Assembly (NCBI GenBank): GCA_965223665.1
Contig: OZ245011.1
Location: 2,304,001-2,368,000 of the forward strand
Length of the DNA: 64,000 bases
Direction of reading: 5' to 3'
From: Nitrospinaceae bacterium
GTDB taxonomy: Bacteria > Nitrospinota > Nitrospinia > Nitrospinales > Nitrospinaceae
In this document: positions 20,127-31,134 of the stretch, one piece after another
Numbering within the stretch: the first letter of the stretch is position 1
Layout of the letters: each line of letters begins with the position of its first letter
The notes under the pieces: generated by a model
What the model was told of the DNA's origin: nothing
Database searches by the model: none
The model's input: the letters and a program-made list of their open reading frames with translations, nothing else
Position numbers and translations under genes: made by a program

Positions 20127-21503
20127 TTACTTTCCAATACAAAAATCATCAAAAATTTGGTCTAGCATATCGTCTAAAAAGGATTTGCCCAATATCCCGC
20201 CCAATTGTTCTAAAGCAATATTCAAATCGACAGCAATCAAATCTTCTGATAAATCGGCTAATAAAGATTCTCCAACACGGTTCAGAGCCTGATAGGTTTG
20301 GGACAACGCCTCACGATGCCTTTCTCGAGTAATGACATAGTCCTCACTACATTTTTGTCCCTCTAAAACTTTTTTATAAATAGCATCTAGAAGAACTTCT
20401 ATTCCGGTCTCATTAGTTGTCGAAATTTGAAAGCATTGGTTCTCATTTAAACGTTTAAGAACATCATCTATTGCAATTTTTTTTGGGAGATCTATTTTGT
20501 TAATAATAATTATTTTTTCCCTCAAACCGACCTCTTGAATTAACATCTCGTCGTTAGCGTCCAATGGTTGTGATCCATCGAATACCACTAAAGCTAAGTC
20601 CGCTTGTCCAAGAGATTTTCGAGCGCGGGAAATTCCTTCTTCTTCTATGGCATCAGGAGCATGCCTTAAACCAGCTGTGTCCACAATGTTGATATGAATA
20701 TCTTTGATACGAACTCGCTCTTGAATAACGTCTCTAGTGGTTCCAGGAATGTTGGTGACAATGGATCTATCCTCCTGAAGCAAAGTATTTAGCAAACTAG
20801 ATTTGCCCACATTTGGCTTACCCACAATCGCAACCTTGATTCCTTCCCTATAAATTTTTCCCTGCTTGAAAGATTCAATTAATTCGAAAATTTGTTGTTG
20901 AACTGAACAAACTTTTTTCTCCATTTCCTTTTTTATATGAAATTCCAACCCATCTTCAGGGAAATCAATAGCAGCCTCCAAATGCGTTAATATTCCTATT
21001 AGTTGGTCATATAAGTTATTAAGTTTTTGTGAGAATTTTCCTTGAAGCTGAAATAAAGCTGACTTTAACGCCTTTTCAGAAGCAGCATGAATGACATCGG
21101 CCACCGCTTCAGCCTGCATTAAATCTAAACGTCCGTTTAAAAAAGCTCTTTTTGTAAACTCACCAGGCTTGGCCAAAACGGCACCTTGATCCAACACCAA
21201 CTGCAGAATTTTTGAAGAAACCAAAGTTCCCCCATGACAGCTGATTTCAATTACATCCTCGCAGGTATAGCTATTGGGTGCTTTAAAAAAAGTTAAAAGG
21301 ACCTCGTCCAAAGTGTTTCTTGTTTGAGGATCCACAATTTCTCCTAAACAAACTTTCAAAGGTTTAAGAAAATCAATATCCTTTAAAACTTTAGAATGAA
21401 AAATTTTTTGGACAATGGGCAAACAATCAGGTCCGCTCATGCGAACAATATTGATTCCCCCTTCGCCTATCGGAGTGGCTATTGCAGCAATGGTTTCGAT
21501 CAT
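20127..21503 (-). CDS. mnmE: tRNA modification GTPase MnmE
   Basis: TIAAIAT, GKPNVGKSS, GTTRD, DTAG, C-terminal FCIGK. Confidence 0.97.
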   Translation of the reverse strand: MIETIAAIATPIGEGGINIVRMSGPDCLPIVQKIFHSKVLKDIDFLKPLKVCLGEIVDPQTRNTLDEVLLTFFKAPNSYTCEDVIEISCHGGTLVSSKILQLVLDQGAVLAKPGEFTKRAFLNGRLDLMQAEAVADVIHAASEKALKSALFQLQGKFSQKLNNLYDQLIGILTHLEAAIDFPEDGLEFHIKKEMEKKVCSVQQQIFELIESFKQGKIYREGIKVAIVGKPNVGKSSLLNTLLQEDRSIVTNIPGTTRDVIQERVRIKDIHINIVDTAGLRHAPDAIEEEGISRARKSLGQADLALVVFDGSQPLDANDEMLIQEVGLREKIIIINKIDLPKKIAIDDVLKRLNENQCFQISTTNETGIEVLLDAIYKKVLEGQKCSEDYVITRERHREALSQTYQALNRVGESLLADLSEDLIAVDLNIALEQLGGILGKSFLDDMLDQIFDDFCIGK

Positions 21504-21598
21504 AATTAAATCCTCAGATGGCCATTGTGCTTCAAGCTTTAATTTGGGTCAACCATTGAGTGTAATAGAGAAGGAAGTTAACCATTGATGTTCCAAAA

Positions 21599-23260
21599 TT
21601 AATCCTTTGCAATTCGGTAAATATAAAACTGTTGGGCAATGGTTAAAATATTGTTGACGGTCCAGTAAATTACTAACCCCGCTGGAAAGGTTACAAATAG
21701 AAAAGTAAAAACTACAGGCATGATTAAGAAAATCTTTTGTTGGACAGGGTCTGCAACAGTAGGTGTCATTTTTTGTTGAAGGTACATAGTTGCACCCATC
21801 AAGACAGGAGTAACATAATAAGGATCACTTTGAGAAAGATCCTGGATCCACAGCATAAAAGGAGCCCCCCGTAACTCAATGGAGAAAAATAGTGCATGGT
21901 ATAAAGAAATAAAAACAGGAATCTGTAAAAGCATTGGCAAACATCCGCCCAGGGGATTGACTTTGTGCTTTTTATACAGATCCATTAATTCCTGATTTAA
22001 CTTGGATCGGTCGTTTTTATTTCTTTCCTGAATTACTTTGACATAGGGCTGGATCTTTTGCATCCCTTTCATCGATTTAAAACTTTTGTGGGTCAAAGGG
22101 AACAATACTAATTTAATTAAGAATGTCAGGAAAATAATAGCCCAACCATAATTATGGGTAATACCGTAAAAGAAGTTTAGAGCCTTTAACATCGGCTTGA
22201 CTAAAAATGCAAATTTGTTACCTAACCAACCATAATCAATCAAGCGAAACAACTTGTGACCCAGGCTTTCCAAAATTTCCAGTTCTTTAGTTCCCACATA
22301 AAGATGATGCTTTGCAGAGGCCGCAGACTGCACTGACTCAAAATTTAAACCAACGTATACATTTTCACTTTTATCCTTCTTCACAACCGCAGACTTAATT
22401 CCACTTTCCGGAATTAATGCGGCGGCAAAATATTTATTTTGTAATGATGTCCACTCCAGATCCCCTTTGTGTACAATTTCTCCTGTAATATCATTTGGTG
22501 GATTTTCCTCACGTTCATTATTTACAAAAGTAGTTGGTCCTGTAAAAGCGATGAATTCAGCTTGCGAATTTCCAGATCCTCCTGCTAATCCTGGACCCCA
22601 TAAAACAGAAAACTGTAAATTCTCTTTAACCAAATTAGGAGCCTTAATTTCTGTCTCAATTCCAATTAAGCGGTTATCGTATTCAAATTTAAGTTTCCGT
22701 AATACTGTCAATCCTGAAGAATGCTTTAGCTTTAATACCAATTCCCCAGTAGTATTGGTTGGTGATAGTTCTAAAGAACTAACAGAAGGTTCATAATGAC
22801 CTTTTTGCAAAATACTATCTACTGCCAGATTTCCCGTTTCCAGAGCTAGAGGATATTTATTTTCCGGGGATTCTTTTATCAGGTTTAAAGGATTTCCCTC
22901 ATCATCTTTATATTTAGTCACTAAAACCTTTTTTAAAATACCTCCCTTAGTGGAAAAAACATAAACTCCCATTTTATTTTTTACTTCAATCAATTCTTCG
23001 CTATGTATCTCATCGGGAGAGTCCAGAGATAAACTTTCAATTTTAGATTGATCTATGGATTCTGTAGGCTCCCCTTTAGGTAAATCCTGGGTTAAATTGG
23101 TTTCTCCGGAATTCTGTTTGGATGGCACAACCTGATTTTTTTTACTTTGCTGAACTTGCGCTTGTTCTGAGGGAGGCCCTTGTGTTTTTGACAAAAAATA
23201 TCCCCAAAGCAAAAAAACCCCTAAAGAAAGCACAAAGGCTAATAGCGCTCTATTTTCCAA
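21599..23260 (-). CDS. yidC: Membrane protein insertase YidC
   Basis: NYGWAII, NPLGGCLP, GLVIYW; conserved operon position. Confidence 0.96.
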   Translation of the reverse strand: MENRALLAFVLSLGVFLLWGYFLSKTQGPPSEQAQVQQSKKNQVVPSKQNSGETNLTQDLPKGEPTESIDQSKIESLSLDSPDEIHSEELIEVKNKMGVYVFSTKGGILKKVLVTKYKDDEGNPLNLIKESPENKYPLALETGNLAVDSILQKGHYEPSVSSLELSPTNTTGELVLKLKHSSGLTVLRKLKFEYDNRLIGIETEIKAPNLVKENLQFSVLWGPGLAGGSGNSQAEFIAFTGPTTFVNNEREENPPNDITGEIVHKGDLEWTSLQNKYFAAALIPESGIKSAVVKKDKSENVYVGLNFESVQSAASAKHHLYVGTKELEILESLGHKLFRLIDYGWLGNKFAFLVKPMLKALNFFYGITHNYGWAIIFLTFLIKLVLFPLTHKSFKSMKGMQKIQPYVKVIQERNKNDRSKLNQELMDLYKKHKVNPLGGCLPMLLQIPVFISLYHALFFSIELRGAPFMLWIQDLSQSDPYYVTPVLMGATMYLQQKMTPTVADPVQQKIFLIMPVVFTFLFVTFPAGLVIYWTVNNILTIAQQFYIYRIAKD

Positions 23261-23278
23261 GTCAATTTCTCCGGCAAA

Positions 23279-23491
23279 TCATTTTAAAGGGTCACACCCT
23301 CCATTATGAAATGGGTGGCATTTTAATAAACGCAGGATGATTAAACTTCCAGCTTTAACAAGAGGGTAACGATCTAACGCTTGGTGAGAGTACTCTGAGC
23401 ACGTAGGGTAAAAACGGCAAGATGGAAAAAACATAGGAGAAATCCATCTTTGGTAAAATCGAATAAACTTTTTAAAAAATAATCGCAACAT
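23279..23491 (-). CDS. yidD: Membrane protein insertion efficiency factor YidD
   Basis: CRFYPTCSEY, RLLKCHPF. Confidence 0.93.
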   Translation of the reverse strand: MLRLFFKKFIRFYQRWISPMFFPSCRFYPTCSEYSHQALDRYPLVKAGSLIILRLLKCHPFHNGGCDPLK

Positions 23492-23538
23492 TAATTATAG
23501 GTATTTCTTTCAAAGGAAGACTAAACAGCAAAAGGCAC

Positions 23539-23883
23539 TCACTTCAAGGAATTAAGAGCACTTCTTAGTTTTTCTTCGAGGACAGCAAAGGGAAGGTCGA
23601 CAAGTTTTTTACCAGAAATAATCACTAAATCTAAAGCAGGAGCGCCTAAGTTTTTATTACGGCGAAATATTTCTCGAATTCTCCTTTTGGCTCGATTTCT
23701 AACCACAGCATTACCGACTTTTTTTGAAGCTATGATTCCTAATCTTTTGTGTGGAAGACTGTTGGGCAAGTAAATAATAGTGCAAAGATTTTCAACTCTG
23801 CACTTTTGACCTTTAGCCATCACAATTTCAAATTGGGAACGCTTTAACAATCGCTCAATTTTGAGAAACGATTGAGGCTTCAT
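23539..23883 (-). CDS. rnpA: Ribonuclease P protein component
   Basis: RLGIIASKKVGNAVVRNRAKRRIRE (RNR motif). Confidence 0.95.
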   Translation of the reverse strand: MKPQSFLKIERLLKRSQFEIVMAKGQKCRVENLCTIIYLPNSLPHKRLGIIASKKVGNAVVRNRAKRRIREIFRRNKNLGAPALDLVIISGKKLVDLPFAVLEEKLRSALNSLK

Positions 23884-23892
23884 ACCTCCCCA

Positions 23893-24027
23893 TCAAACTG
23901 TCAGACGTTTTCGACCTTTTCGTCTTCGATTAGCTAAAACCTTCCTACCTCCCACAGTGGCTTTTCGAGCTCGGAATCCATGGGTTCGCTTTCTTCTTAA
24001 ATTTTTTGGCTGATATGTTCGTTTCAT
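23893..24027 (-). CDS. rpmH: 50S ribosomal protein L34
   Basis: Below the ORF-track cutoff; manual translation [44 protein letters not shown]. Confidence 0.97.
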   Translation of the reverse strand: MKRTYQPKNLRRKRTHGFRARKATVGGRKVLANRRRKGRKRLTV

Positions 24028-24374
24028 TGGTTTTCGTAGTTACCCGTTAAGTTTGCTCAATACAATCTTTTGTTTTTAAAAAAGTTATAAAATTGAGGCG
24101 AGTGGTCAAAAAATTAGCCTAAAATTATTTCATTGGCGGCTTGGGTTGTCAAGCTTGAATTCATTATTAGATAATCTTTATATTTGGGTGGTTAAGAGAA
24201 TTTTGGTCCTTAAATAAGAAGAAAGGATTATTTAATTGTCTGAACCAACCATTAGATTTTTATTTACAAAGAATGAAAATCTGATAATCTATTAGCGTCT
24301 CTATTTAATTGGAATTAATAGAATTATTTCTCTTCTACAAGAAGAATTTACCCAAAAATATAAGGAACGGGGTT

Positions 24375-25454
24375 ATGGTGCGAACATTTAATCTTTTGGG
24401 ATTTGGCCTAATTTTATTTATAGGAAATTTGACGATTGTTTCACAATTAGAAGCGCTTTCATCTCAAAAAGAGGGATCAACTCAATCTTCGAAAAACGTC
24501 TTGATGGCTCAAGCCGACCCTTGGTTGGAAACATTAAATCCGCATCGTGGAACTGTCAGCGAAGATGATGAAGAAATTGATAATGATTCTAATGATTCTT
24601 CGGTTAATCCTTCCGAAACAAAAAAACGAAAAATTAAGGTTCATTATAAGAAAAAACCAAATCATGTAGTCACCTATAACCAATTCTTTGGGGCGGGGTC
24701 TGTAAGTGAAATAACCGAACCTTTAGGTACAATTATTGGAAATTTGGAGTACAGATCTTTTTCGAATGTAGAAACTCGAGTAGGAATGATTCCTTTCGAT
24801 TATGTTTACCTTGACATTGGTACCAACAAAAAACTTGAAGTAGGAGATCGTCTGGTTGTTTATTCCCAAAGAAGAGAAATCAATCATCCTTTAATGGATT
24901 TAAGTACTACAGAGAATTTTCATGAGGTGGATTTCCTGGATGGTCCCTACGACGGTGAATTTTCTTACGATTTGTTTGATCCTCAAGGAGAATATAAGGG
25001 AAATCAAACCGCCATTTTGGGACTAATCGAAATTACTGAATTGTCTACAAATATGTCCAAGGCCAAAGTGATCTATAACTACGATATTATACAAAAAGGT
25101 GATAAAGTTCGGCATTTCCCCCCAAACAGACCGCCTATGGTTTCTGCTTCTTACATGCCCCCACAAAAAGAACTTGAAGGTTATATTCTATCCAACAGAA
25201 TCAATCGATTAATGGCAGCTACTCATGATCTTGTTTTCATTGATATTGGTTCAAAGGATAATGTACAAAGAGGAGATAGATTCGAAGTTTACATATATCC
25301 ACAATCTGTTGATGCACGAGAAGGAACTGTTTTACCACATGTGATTGGGGAATTAATCGTTGTTTCAACCAAGCCTGAAACCGCAACTGCAAAAGTGGTA
25401 AAATCTACAAGTCCAATTGTTCCGGGCCAAAAAATTCGAAGTAAGCGATTCTAA
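24375..25454 (+). CDS. Exported protein with two FlgT-C/TsaP-like beta domains
   Basis: Signal-like N-terminus from ATG 24375; duplicated motifs VYLDIG...VGDRL and VFIDIG...RGDRF, each followed by G-x-[IL]-x-[IV] and AKV. Confidence 0.55.
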   Translation: MVRTFNLLGFGLILFIGNLTIVSQLEALSSQKEGSTQSSKNVLMAQADPWLETLNPHRGTVSEDDEEIDNDSNDSSVNPSETKKRKIKVHYKKKPNHVVTYNQFFGAGSVSEITEPLGTIIGNLEYRSFSNVETRVGMIPFDYVYLDIGTNKKLEVGDRLVVYSQRREINHPLMDLSTTENFHEVDFLDGPYDGEFSYDLFDPQGEYKGNQTAILGLIEITELSTNMSKAKVIYNYDIIQKGDKVRHFPPNRPPMVSASYMPPQKELEGYILSNRINRLMAATHDLVFIDIGSKDNVQRGDRFEVYIYPQSVDAREGTVLPHVIGELIVVSTKPETATAKVVKSTSPIVPGQKIRSKRF

Positions 25455-25456
25455 TT

Positions 25457-26668
25457 TTATGTCCTGGTAATTCTTAGGAAACGTTTTTTACCCACCTTTA
25501 TAAGGTATTCTTGATCTCCTTGAATTTCCAAACTGTCATCAGTTACTTTTTCCCCATCAATAGATACAGCGCCCTGTTTGACCATTCTTTTAGCCTCAGA
25601 GGTACTACCACATATTTTGGCATCTGCTAACACCTTGCAAATCCAACGCCGCTCCGCTCCCCAGGATTCAATAGTAGGAATGTCTTTAGGTAGATTTTTA
25701 TTTTTAAAAACATTTTCAAACTCAGTTTCAGCTTGATCAGCTTTTTCCAAGTCATGATAACGTCCTACAATCTCTTTCGCTAATCTGACTTTCACTGTTT
25801 TTGGATTTAGCTTCCCTTCTTGGGTCTGGAGTTTTATTTGTTTTAATTCCTCCCCTGAAATTTCACTCAACAACTCAAAATATCGCCACATTAAATCATC
25901 AGAAATAGATAATAACTTTCCAAACATCTCATTTGGAGATTCTAAAACTCCAATACTATTACCTAAACTTTTACTCATCTTTTGAACCCCATCAGTGCCT
26001 TCTAACAACGGCATAGTGATGATTACCTGAGGAGGCAAACTGTAGGATCGCTGCAAATCTCTACCGACTAACAAGTTAAATTTTTGATCCGTTCCCCCAA
26101 GCTCAATATCTGATTTGATAGCTACAGAGTCATATCCCTGGATTAGCGGATAAAATAACTCATGCAAAGATACAGGTTGATTGTTAGCTAAACGTTTTTG
26201 GAAATCATCACGTTCTATCATCCTTGCTACAGTGTATTTTGCAGCTAAGTTGATCATATCGACTGAAGTAAATTTATTCATCCACTCACTGTTAAACATT
26301 ACCGTGGTCTTATTCGGATCGAGAACTTTATAAACCTGCTCCAAGTAGGTCTTGGCATTTCTATTCACATCCTCACGGGTTAAGCTTTTACGAGTTTCAG
26401 ATTTGCCTGTGGGATCTCCTATCATTCCGGTAAAATCCCCAACCAAAAATATAACCTCATGGCCTAATTCTTGAAATTGCTTCATTTTTTGCAGAAGAAC
26501 AGTGTGTCCCAAATGCAAATCCGGTGCGGTAGGATCAAAACCTGCTTTGACACGTAGGGGCTTATTGGTCTTTGTGGATTCTTCAAGAATCTTTGCTAAA
26601 TCCTCGTCATCAATGATTTCAACAGCACCTCTTTTTATTATTTCTATTTGATCGCTAACAGGTATCAT
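25457..26668 (-). CDS. tyrS: Tyrosine--tRNA ligase
   Basis: [27 protein letters not shown]-terminal S4 domain. Confidence 0.97.
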   Translation of the reverse strand: MIPVSDQIEIIKRGAVEIIDDEDLAKILEESTKTNKPLRVKAGFDPTAPDLHLGHTVLLQKMKQFQELGHEVIFLVGDFTGMIGDPTGKSETRKSLTREDVNRNAKTYLEQVYKVLDPNKTTVMFNSEWMNKFTSVDMINLAAKYTVARMIERDDFQKRLANNQPVSLHELFYPLIQGYDSVAIKSDIELGGTDQKFNLLVGRDLQRSYSLPPQVIITMPLLEGTDGVQKMSKSLGNSIGVLESPNEMFGKLLSISDDLMWRYFELLSEISGEELKQIKLQTQEGKLNPKTVKVRLAKEIVGRYHDLEKADQAETEFENVFKNKNLPKDIPTIESWGAERRWICKVLADAKICGSTSEAKRMVKQGAVSIDGEKVTDDSLEIQGDQEYLIKVGKKRFLRITRT

Positions 26669-26836
26669 AAGCGGGAATTAAAAAAATTAACGTTAATATT
26701 GCGGTAATTACCTATTTTTGTTAAAGAATGGGAAAGCTATCATACCCAAATAAAAACTGCAAATCGGTTGATTTGATAATAGTTTCGAATTTTAAAAAAT
26801 TGGAATCCTGAAAAAATAGATCTTTAAAGGATCAAC

Positions 26837-27175
26837 TTGAAAACAAAATTTCATCACGCAGCATATGTTTTTTTTGGATTAAACATTTTATATCTAATAT
26901 TGATATATATTTTTCTTCCACCCTTTAATCTTGGCATTTTGGAAAGTATTGCATACTCTCTGTTGTTTACTATTTTTTTTGGGTTATTGTCCTATGTAAT
27001 TTTTAAAGAATCGTTAAAGATAACTTTGATACTATTTATTGTTTATTCTATACGCACAGTTTTATCTTTATACACTGTTGCCACAGGGCAAGCCTTCGAG
27101 GCAGTGCCCTATGTATTACCCTGCCTGATATTAACCATTTACTTTTTGGGTCGTCCGTTGTGGAATTGGCCCTAA
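26837..27175 (+). CDS. Small integral membrane protein (about 4 TM helices)
   Basis: Four hydrophobic segments; AAGGA RBS before TTG. Confidence 0.6.
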   Translation: MKTKFHHAAYVFFGLNILYLILIYIFLPPFNLGILESIAYSLLFTIFFGLLSYVIFKESLKITLILFIVYSIRTVLSLYTVATGQAFEAVPYVLPCLILTIYFLGRPLWNWP

Positions 27176-27194
27176 CCATAATTGGGTTTTTGCT

Positions 27195-28721
27195 ATGAAT
27201 ACATTAATACTAGATGGGAACAGTTTAACTCTTAAAAAATTCATTTCTGCTATACAAAATCAACTTCCTGTAAAAATATCTTTGGAATCAAAAAAAAAGA
27301 TCCAAAAAGTACGAAAGATTATAGACAAATCTTTAAAAGACAAAAAAATCATTTATGGAATCACAACAGGTTTTGGAGCTTTGAGCGATGTCCTGGTCTC
27401 TCCAAATCAGGCAAAACAATTGCAAAAAAATATCCTGAAAAGTCACGCCGCAGGTGTAGGCCCTCTTTTTTCAGAGCAGGAAGTCAGAGGCATTTTATTG
27501 TTAATGATGAATAGTAAGGCAAAAGGATATTCGGGTTTAAGAATTTCTACATTGGAAACCATAAAAAAAATTTACAATAAAGGTATTTTACCCGAGGTCC
27601 CAGAGCAAGGTTCTGTTGGTGCCAGCGGAGACCTTGCTCCATTGGCCCATTTATCATTAGTATTTATAGGTCGAGGGAAAGCGCGTTTCCATGGGAAATC
27701 CCTAAGTGGAGCAAAAGCATTAAAGTTATCGGGAATACGACCCATTGATTTAGCTGAAGGGGAAGGGCTCGCCCTGGTGAACGGAACACAGGTAATGACT
27801 GCGGTAGGTGCATTAACCATCCATAAAGCTCTAAATTTAGCTAAAATTTTTGATGTTGCTGCAGCTATGAGTTTAGAAGTCCTGTTAGGATCAAACACTC
27901 AGTTTCAACAACGTATTCATCAAATCAGGCCTCACCGCGGACAAACCCTTTCAGCAAAAAATATGAGAAAAATCACTAGTGGCAGCGAAATCATTTCTTC
28001 CCATAAAGATTGTGGGAGAGTCCAGGATGCTTATTCTTTAAGATGCGTTCCCCAAGTGCATGGAGCCAGTAGAGATACTATGATGCTTGCATTAAAAACT
28101 ATTGAAATTGAAATGAACTCAGCAACAGAAAATCCATTAATATTTCCGGATGGTCAAGTCTTATCTGGTGGAAATTTTCACGGGCAACCCATAGCCCTGG
28201 TTATGGATCATTTATCAGTGGCGATGTCTGAGTTTTCTAATATTTCTGAACGTCGTATCGAACGTATGGTAAATCCACAATTAAGCGGCCTTCCTTCATT
28301 TCTAATTCAAGAAGGTGGTTTAAATTCAGGTTTCATGATCGCACAATACACTGCAGCCGCTTTAGTATCGGAAAACAAAGTCTTGTCGCACCCTGCTTCT
28401 ACGGATTCGATTCCTACTTCTGCAAACAAAGAAGACCATGTAAGCATGGGTACAATCGCAGCCAGAAAATCCCGCCAAATAGTCGAAAATGCAACACGTA
28501 TCGCTGCCATTGAATTGATGTGTGCGGCACAGGCTTTAGATTTATTTACGAATTTAAAACCTGGGAAAGGAACCTTGGCTGCATATAAAACTATCCGCCA
28601 AAAAATTAAACCTTTAATGCAAGACAGAGAACTTGCCCCTGACATTGAGACTATTACAAATATAATTAATGATGGAAGTATCTTAAAAGCTGTAGAAAAA
28701 ATCACAGGCCCATTAGGGTGA
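27195..28721 (+). CDS. hutH: Histidine ammonia-lyase
   Basis: YGITTGFG, HAL-type SHAAG, MIO-forming GASGDLAPL, QDAYSLRC, GGNFHG, EDHVSM. Confidence 0.93.
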   Translation: MNTLILDGNSLTLKKFISAIQNQLPVKISLESKKKIQKVRKIIDKSLKDKKIIYGITTGFGALSDVLVSPNQAKQLQKNILKSHAAGVGPLFSEQEVRGILLLMMNSKAKGYSGLRISTLETIKKIYNKGILPEVPEQGSVGASGDLAPLAHLSLVFIGRGKARFHGKSLSGAKALKLSGIRPIDLAEGEGLALVNGTQVMTAVGALTIHKALNLAKIFDVAAAMSLEVLLGSNTQFQQRIHQIRPHRGQTLSAKNMRKITSGSEIISSHKDCGRVQDAYSLRCVPQVHGASRDTMMLALKTIEIEMNSATENPLIFPDGQVLSGGNFHGQPIALVMDHLSVAMSEFSNISERRIERMVNPQLSGLPSFLIQEGGLNSGFMIAQYTAAALVSENKVLSHPASTDSIPTSANKEDHVSMGTIAARKSRQIVENATRIAAIELMCAAQALDLFTNLKPGKGTLAAYKTIRQKIKPLMQDRELAPDIETITNIINDGSILKAVEKITGPLG

Positions 28722-28751
28722 TAGAATTCAAATATAAAAGGAATTGTTCGA

Positions 28752-29870
28752 ATGACTTCAACTGTATTTATTGAAAATGAAAATCGGCTTCCATTAATAA
28801 CCCCAGAAGGCAATAAATGGTTGGGGTTGGAATTTTCTAGAACCCCTGAAATCAATAAAAGAGTTAAACAACTTTTTCAATATCTTAATACTATTTTGGG
28901 TTTCCCTAACAACTCGGAAGGCAAAAAAAACCAATCTTTATTTAATTTAATTTTACGTTATGGTTATGCAGAGGTCATGCTGGATTTAGCAGATTTAGTT
29001 TATGTTCAACACGAACGGCCTATGGTTTTTTTAAATATGGACAATCTAAATAGAACACGCTTACAGGATACAAACCCTCCTGATCCAAATATAGACCTCC
29101 TTGAAATGCAAAAACCCTTAGATAATTTACTCCAATCACTTGCCGACGTAATAAAAACAAACTCAAAACTATTCAATGACCCCATGATTTTAGAACCTCT
29201 TGCAGAAAGTTATAGTTTTTACCTTTACTATACGAAAAACTTTCCCTGGGAAGACCCGCTCAAAGACATGAAGATTCCCAAACAGAAATCAGTGCTTGAT
29301 GTGGCTACTGGCTTGGCAGGATTCAGTTTAATTCATGATTGGCCCAATGAAAATCCAACTCTGGTGCTTACGGATTCATTAGCATTTGTGGTTGTGGGTT
29401 TAAAACATTACAAAAGTTTGATTGGAAAGGAAAACGTAGATGTTTTAAAAATTCACTTTCCACATTTACAAGATTTATCGCAAAAGTTTGGCTTTATTCA
29501 AGTAAGTAAATTTCTGCACCATTTACAACGTGATGAAAGGAAGCAATTTCTAAAGTGGACTATGGGCCATTTAGAAATTGGTGGGAATCTATTTATTATA
29601 GACACAGATCTCGAGCACCAAATCCTCGTTGAATCCAAAGACTCTAACTACAGAAACAAACTTATGCCAGGGTATTTAGAGACTCTTTCAAAAATTGAAG
29701 AAAAGTTCTGTCATAATTTGGTGGATGATGTGCGAGAAACAGGATTGGAGGTAAAAGAATTTGATTTCCACGAATATTACGATGAGACAGATGCCTACAG
29801 CCATTATCCCGGGGATGATTTACCAATTAAGTTTTTAGGATTTGAAATAATAGCTGAAAAAGTAAAATAA
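28752..29870 (+). CDS. Protein with a C-terminal class I SAM-methyltransferase-like domain
   Basis: VLDVATGLAG, KFLHHL, GGNLFIID. Confidence 0.6.
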   Translation: MTSTVFIENENRLPLITPEGNKWLGLEFSRTPEINKRVKQLFQYLNTILGFPNNSEGKKNQSLFNLILRYGYAEVMLDLADLVYVQHERPMVFLNMDNLNRTRLQDTNPPDPNIDLLEMQKPLDNLLQSLADVIKTNSKLFNDPMILEPLAESYSFYLYYTKNFPWEDPLKDMKIPKQKSVLDVATGLAGFSLIHDWPNENPTLVLTDSLAFVVVGLKHYKSLIGKENVDVLKIHFPHLQDLSQKFGFIQVSKFLHHLQRDERKQFLKWTMGHLEIGGNLFIIDTDLEHQILVESKDSNYRNKLMPGYLETLSKIEEKFCHNLVDDVRETGLEVKEFDFHEYYDETDAYSHYPGDDLPIKFLGFEIIAEKVK

Positions 29871-29882
29871 TTTTCTAAGCAA

Positions 29883-30254
29883 TTAACTATTTTTATTAAT
29901 CTCTTTGCGCAAGATTTTCCAATGGGGTTCAATTGATTTTTGAGCTTGTTCTTCCATTTCTCGGTAAAGCCGGACCACCTCTTCACCCAAAGCTGTAAGT
30001 AATGCCCCTCCCCCACCTTTACCCCCTTTTTTACGTTCTATGAGAGGAGACTTGAAGCACCCGTTCATCATATCCACCATATCCCAAGCCCGGCGATAAC
30101 TGAGTCCGTTTTTTCTAGCAGCACCTGAAATGGATCCCTCTACATTAATAGCTTCTAAAAGATCTACCTTACCTGGACCCAAGGCAATATTTTTACCTAC
30201 CATAATTCTAAATCTTGGACGGCAGGAAATTTGAGGTTTGGATGATTTAGTCAA
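29883..30254 (-). CDS. ModE-type winged-helix regulator (DNA-binding domain only)
   Basis: LGPGKVDLLEAI...GSISGAAR...SYRRAW...GGKGGGGALLT. Confidence 0.88.
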   Translation of the reverse strand: MTKSSKPQISCRPRFRIMVGKNIALGPGKVDLLEAINVEGSISGAARKNGLSYRRAWDMVDMMNGCFKSPLIERKKGGKGGGGALLTALGEEVVRLYREMEEQAQKSIEPHWKILRKEINKNS

Positions 30255-30270
30255 AATAAATTTTGGGGTT

Positions 30271-31134
30271 TCAGGGAACTTTCCTTACTATGCCTACCAC
30301 ATTTGGGATTGGCCATGCAAGAGTATTAGCATTAGTTTCATTGGAACCGGTTGAATAACTTCCCACAAATTGGTATTCGGTTCCTTTAGAATTAATATAC
30401 ATTTGTGCTTCGGCACCACCCTCTACATACATGGCTCGTTTAATATTAATAGGAAGTTTAAGCAAAATATCAATCAAATCATGGGTGCTGTAGGGGGATC
30501 GTGCATGAATAAATAAAATATTTCCTTTTGAATCCATTCCAATTGCGGAAGTACTCCATATTTTATTTTTGTTTTCCCAAACATTTTTTCGATCGCAAGA
30601 TATCATCCTTATGCTTTGAATCAAAGTTTGATAGTCTTTTCGAAGTTTTGGGACATTTTGGCAGTCGCGATCCAAAATCTGGACCTTTGGTAATGTAGAG
30701 TCCTTGGGATCAAAGGCTAGTAGGGCTCTATCTTTGGAAAACCACTTGTTATTAGTATGACCCAACGTTTTCATCAAAGACACACTTTTCAATCGATCCG
30801 CTTGATACATACTGGCATTTATCGCTGCCACCAAATTAAACCGATTTGCCCAACCTTTCGTAGAATGTCTTTTTGGAGTGGCCTGTGCAGAAGCATTTAA
30901 CAATTTAAAATTAAATGCTTTAGGGTCTATTCTGAGTATATGAATAAGGGAATCCCCGACAATAGATTTTTGAGGCGAAGGGAATGCGCCCAAGTCCAAA
31001 CCATATTCCAAGTGAATCCAATATTGGGAGTTTTCCGTTTTTGTTTGGGAAGGGACTTTTTTAGAAGAAGAACCTTGAAGACCCAGAAACAAAAATATCA
31101 AAATTAAAAAAGTTATTTGATTTCTATACCCCAT
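30271..31134 (-). CDS. Secreted phosphodiester glycosidase (NAGPA-like) family protein
   Basis: Signal peptide; ILRIDP, AAINASMY, SAIGMD, AMYVEGG, PIPNVV. Confidence 0.65.
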   Translation of the reverse strand: MGYRNQITFLILIFLFLGLQGSSSKKVPSQTKTENSQYWIHLEYGLDLGAFPSPQKSIVGDSLIHILRIDPKAFNFKLLNASAQATPKRHSTKGWANRFNLVAAINASMYQADRLKSVSLMKTLGHTNNKWFSKDRALLAFDPKDSTLPKVQILDRDCQNVPKLRKDYQTLIQSIRMISCDRKNVWENKNKIWSTSAIGMDSKGNILFIHARSPYSTHDLIDILLKLPINIKRAMYVEGGAEAQMYINSKGTEYQFVGSYSTGSNETNANTLAWPIPNVVGIVRKVP

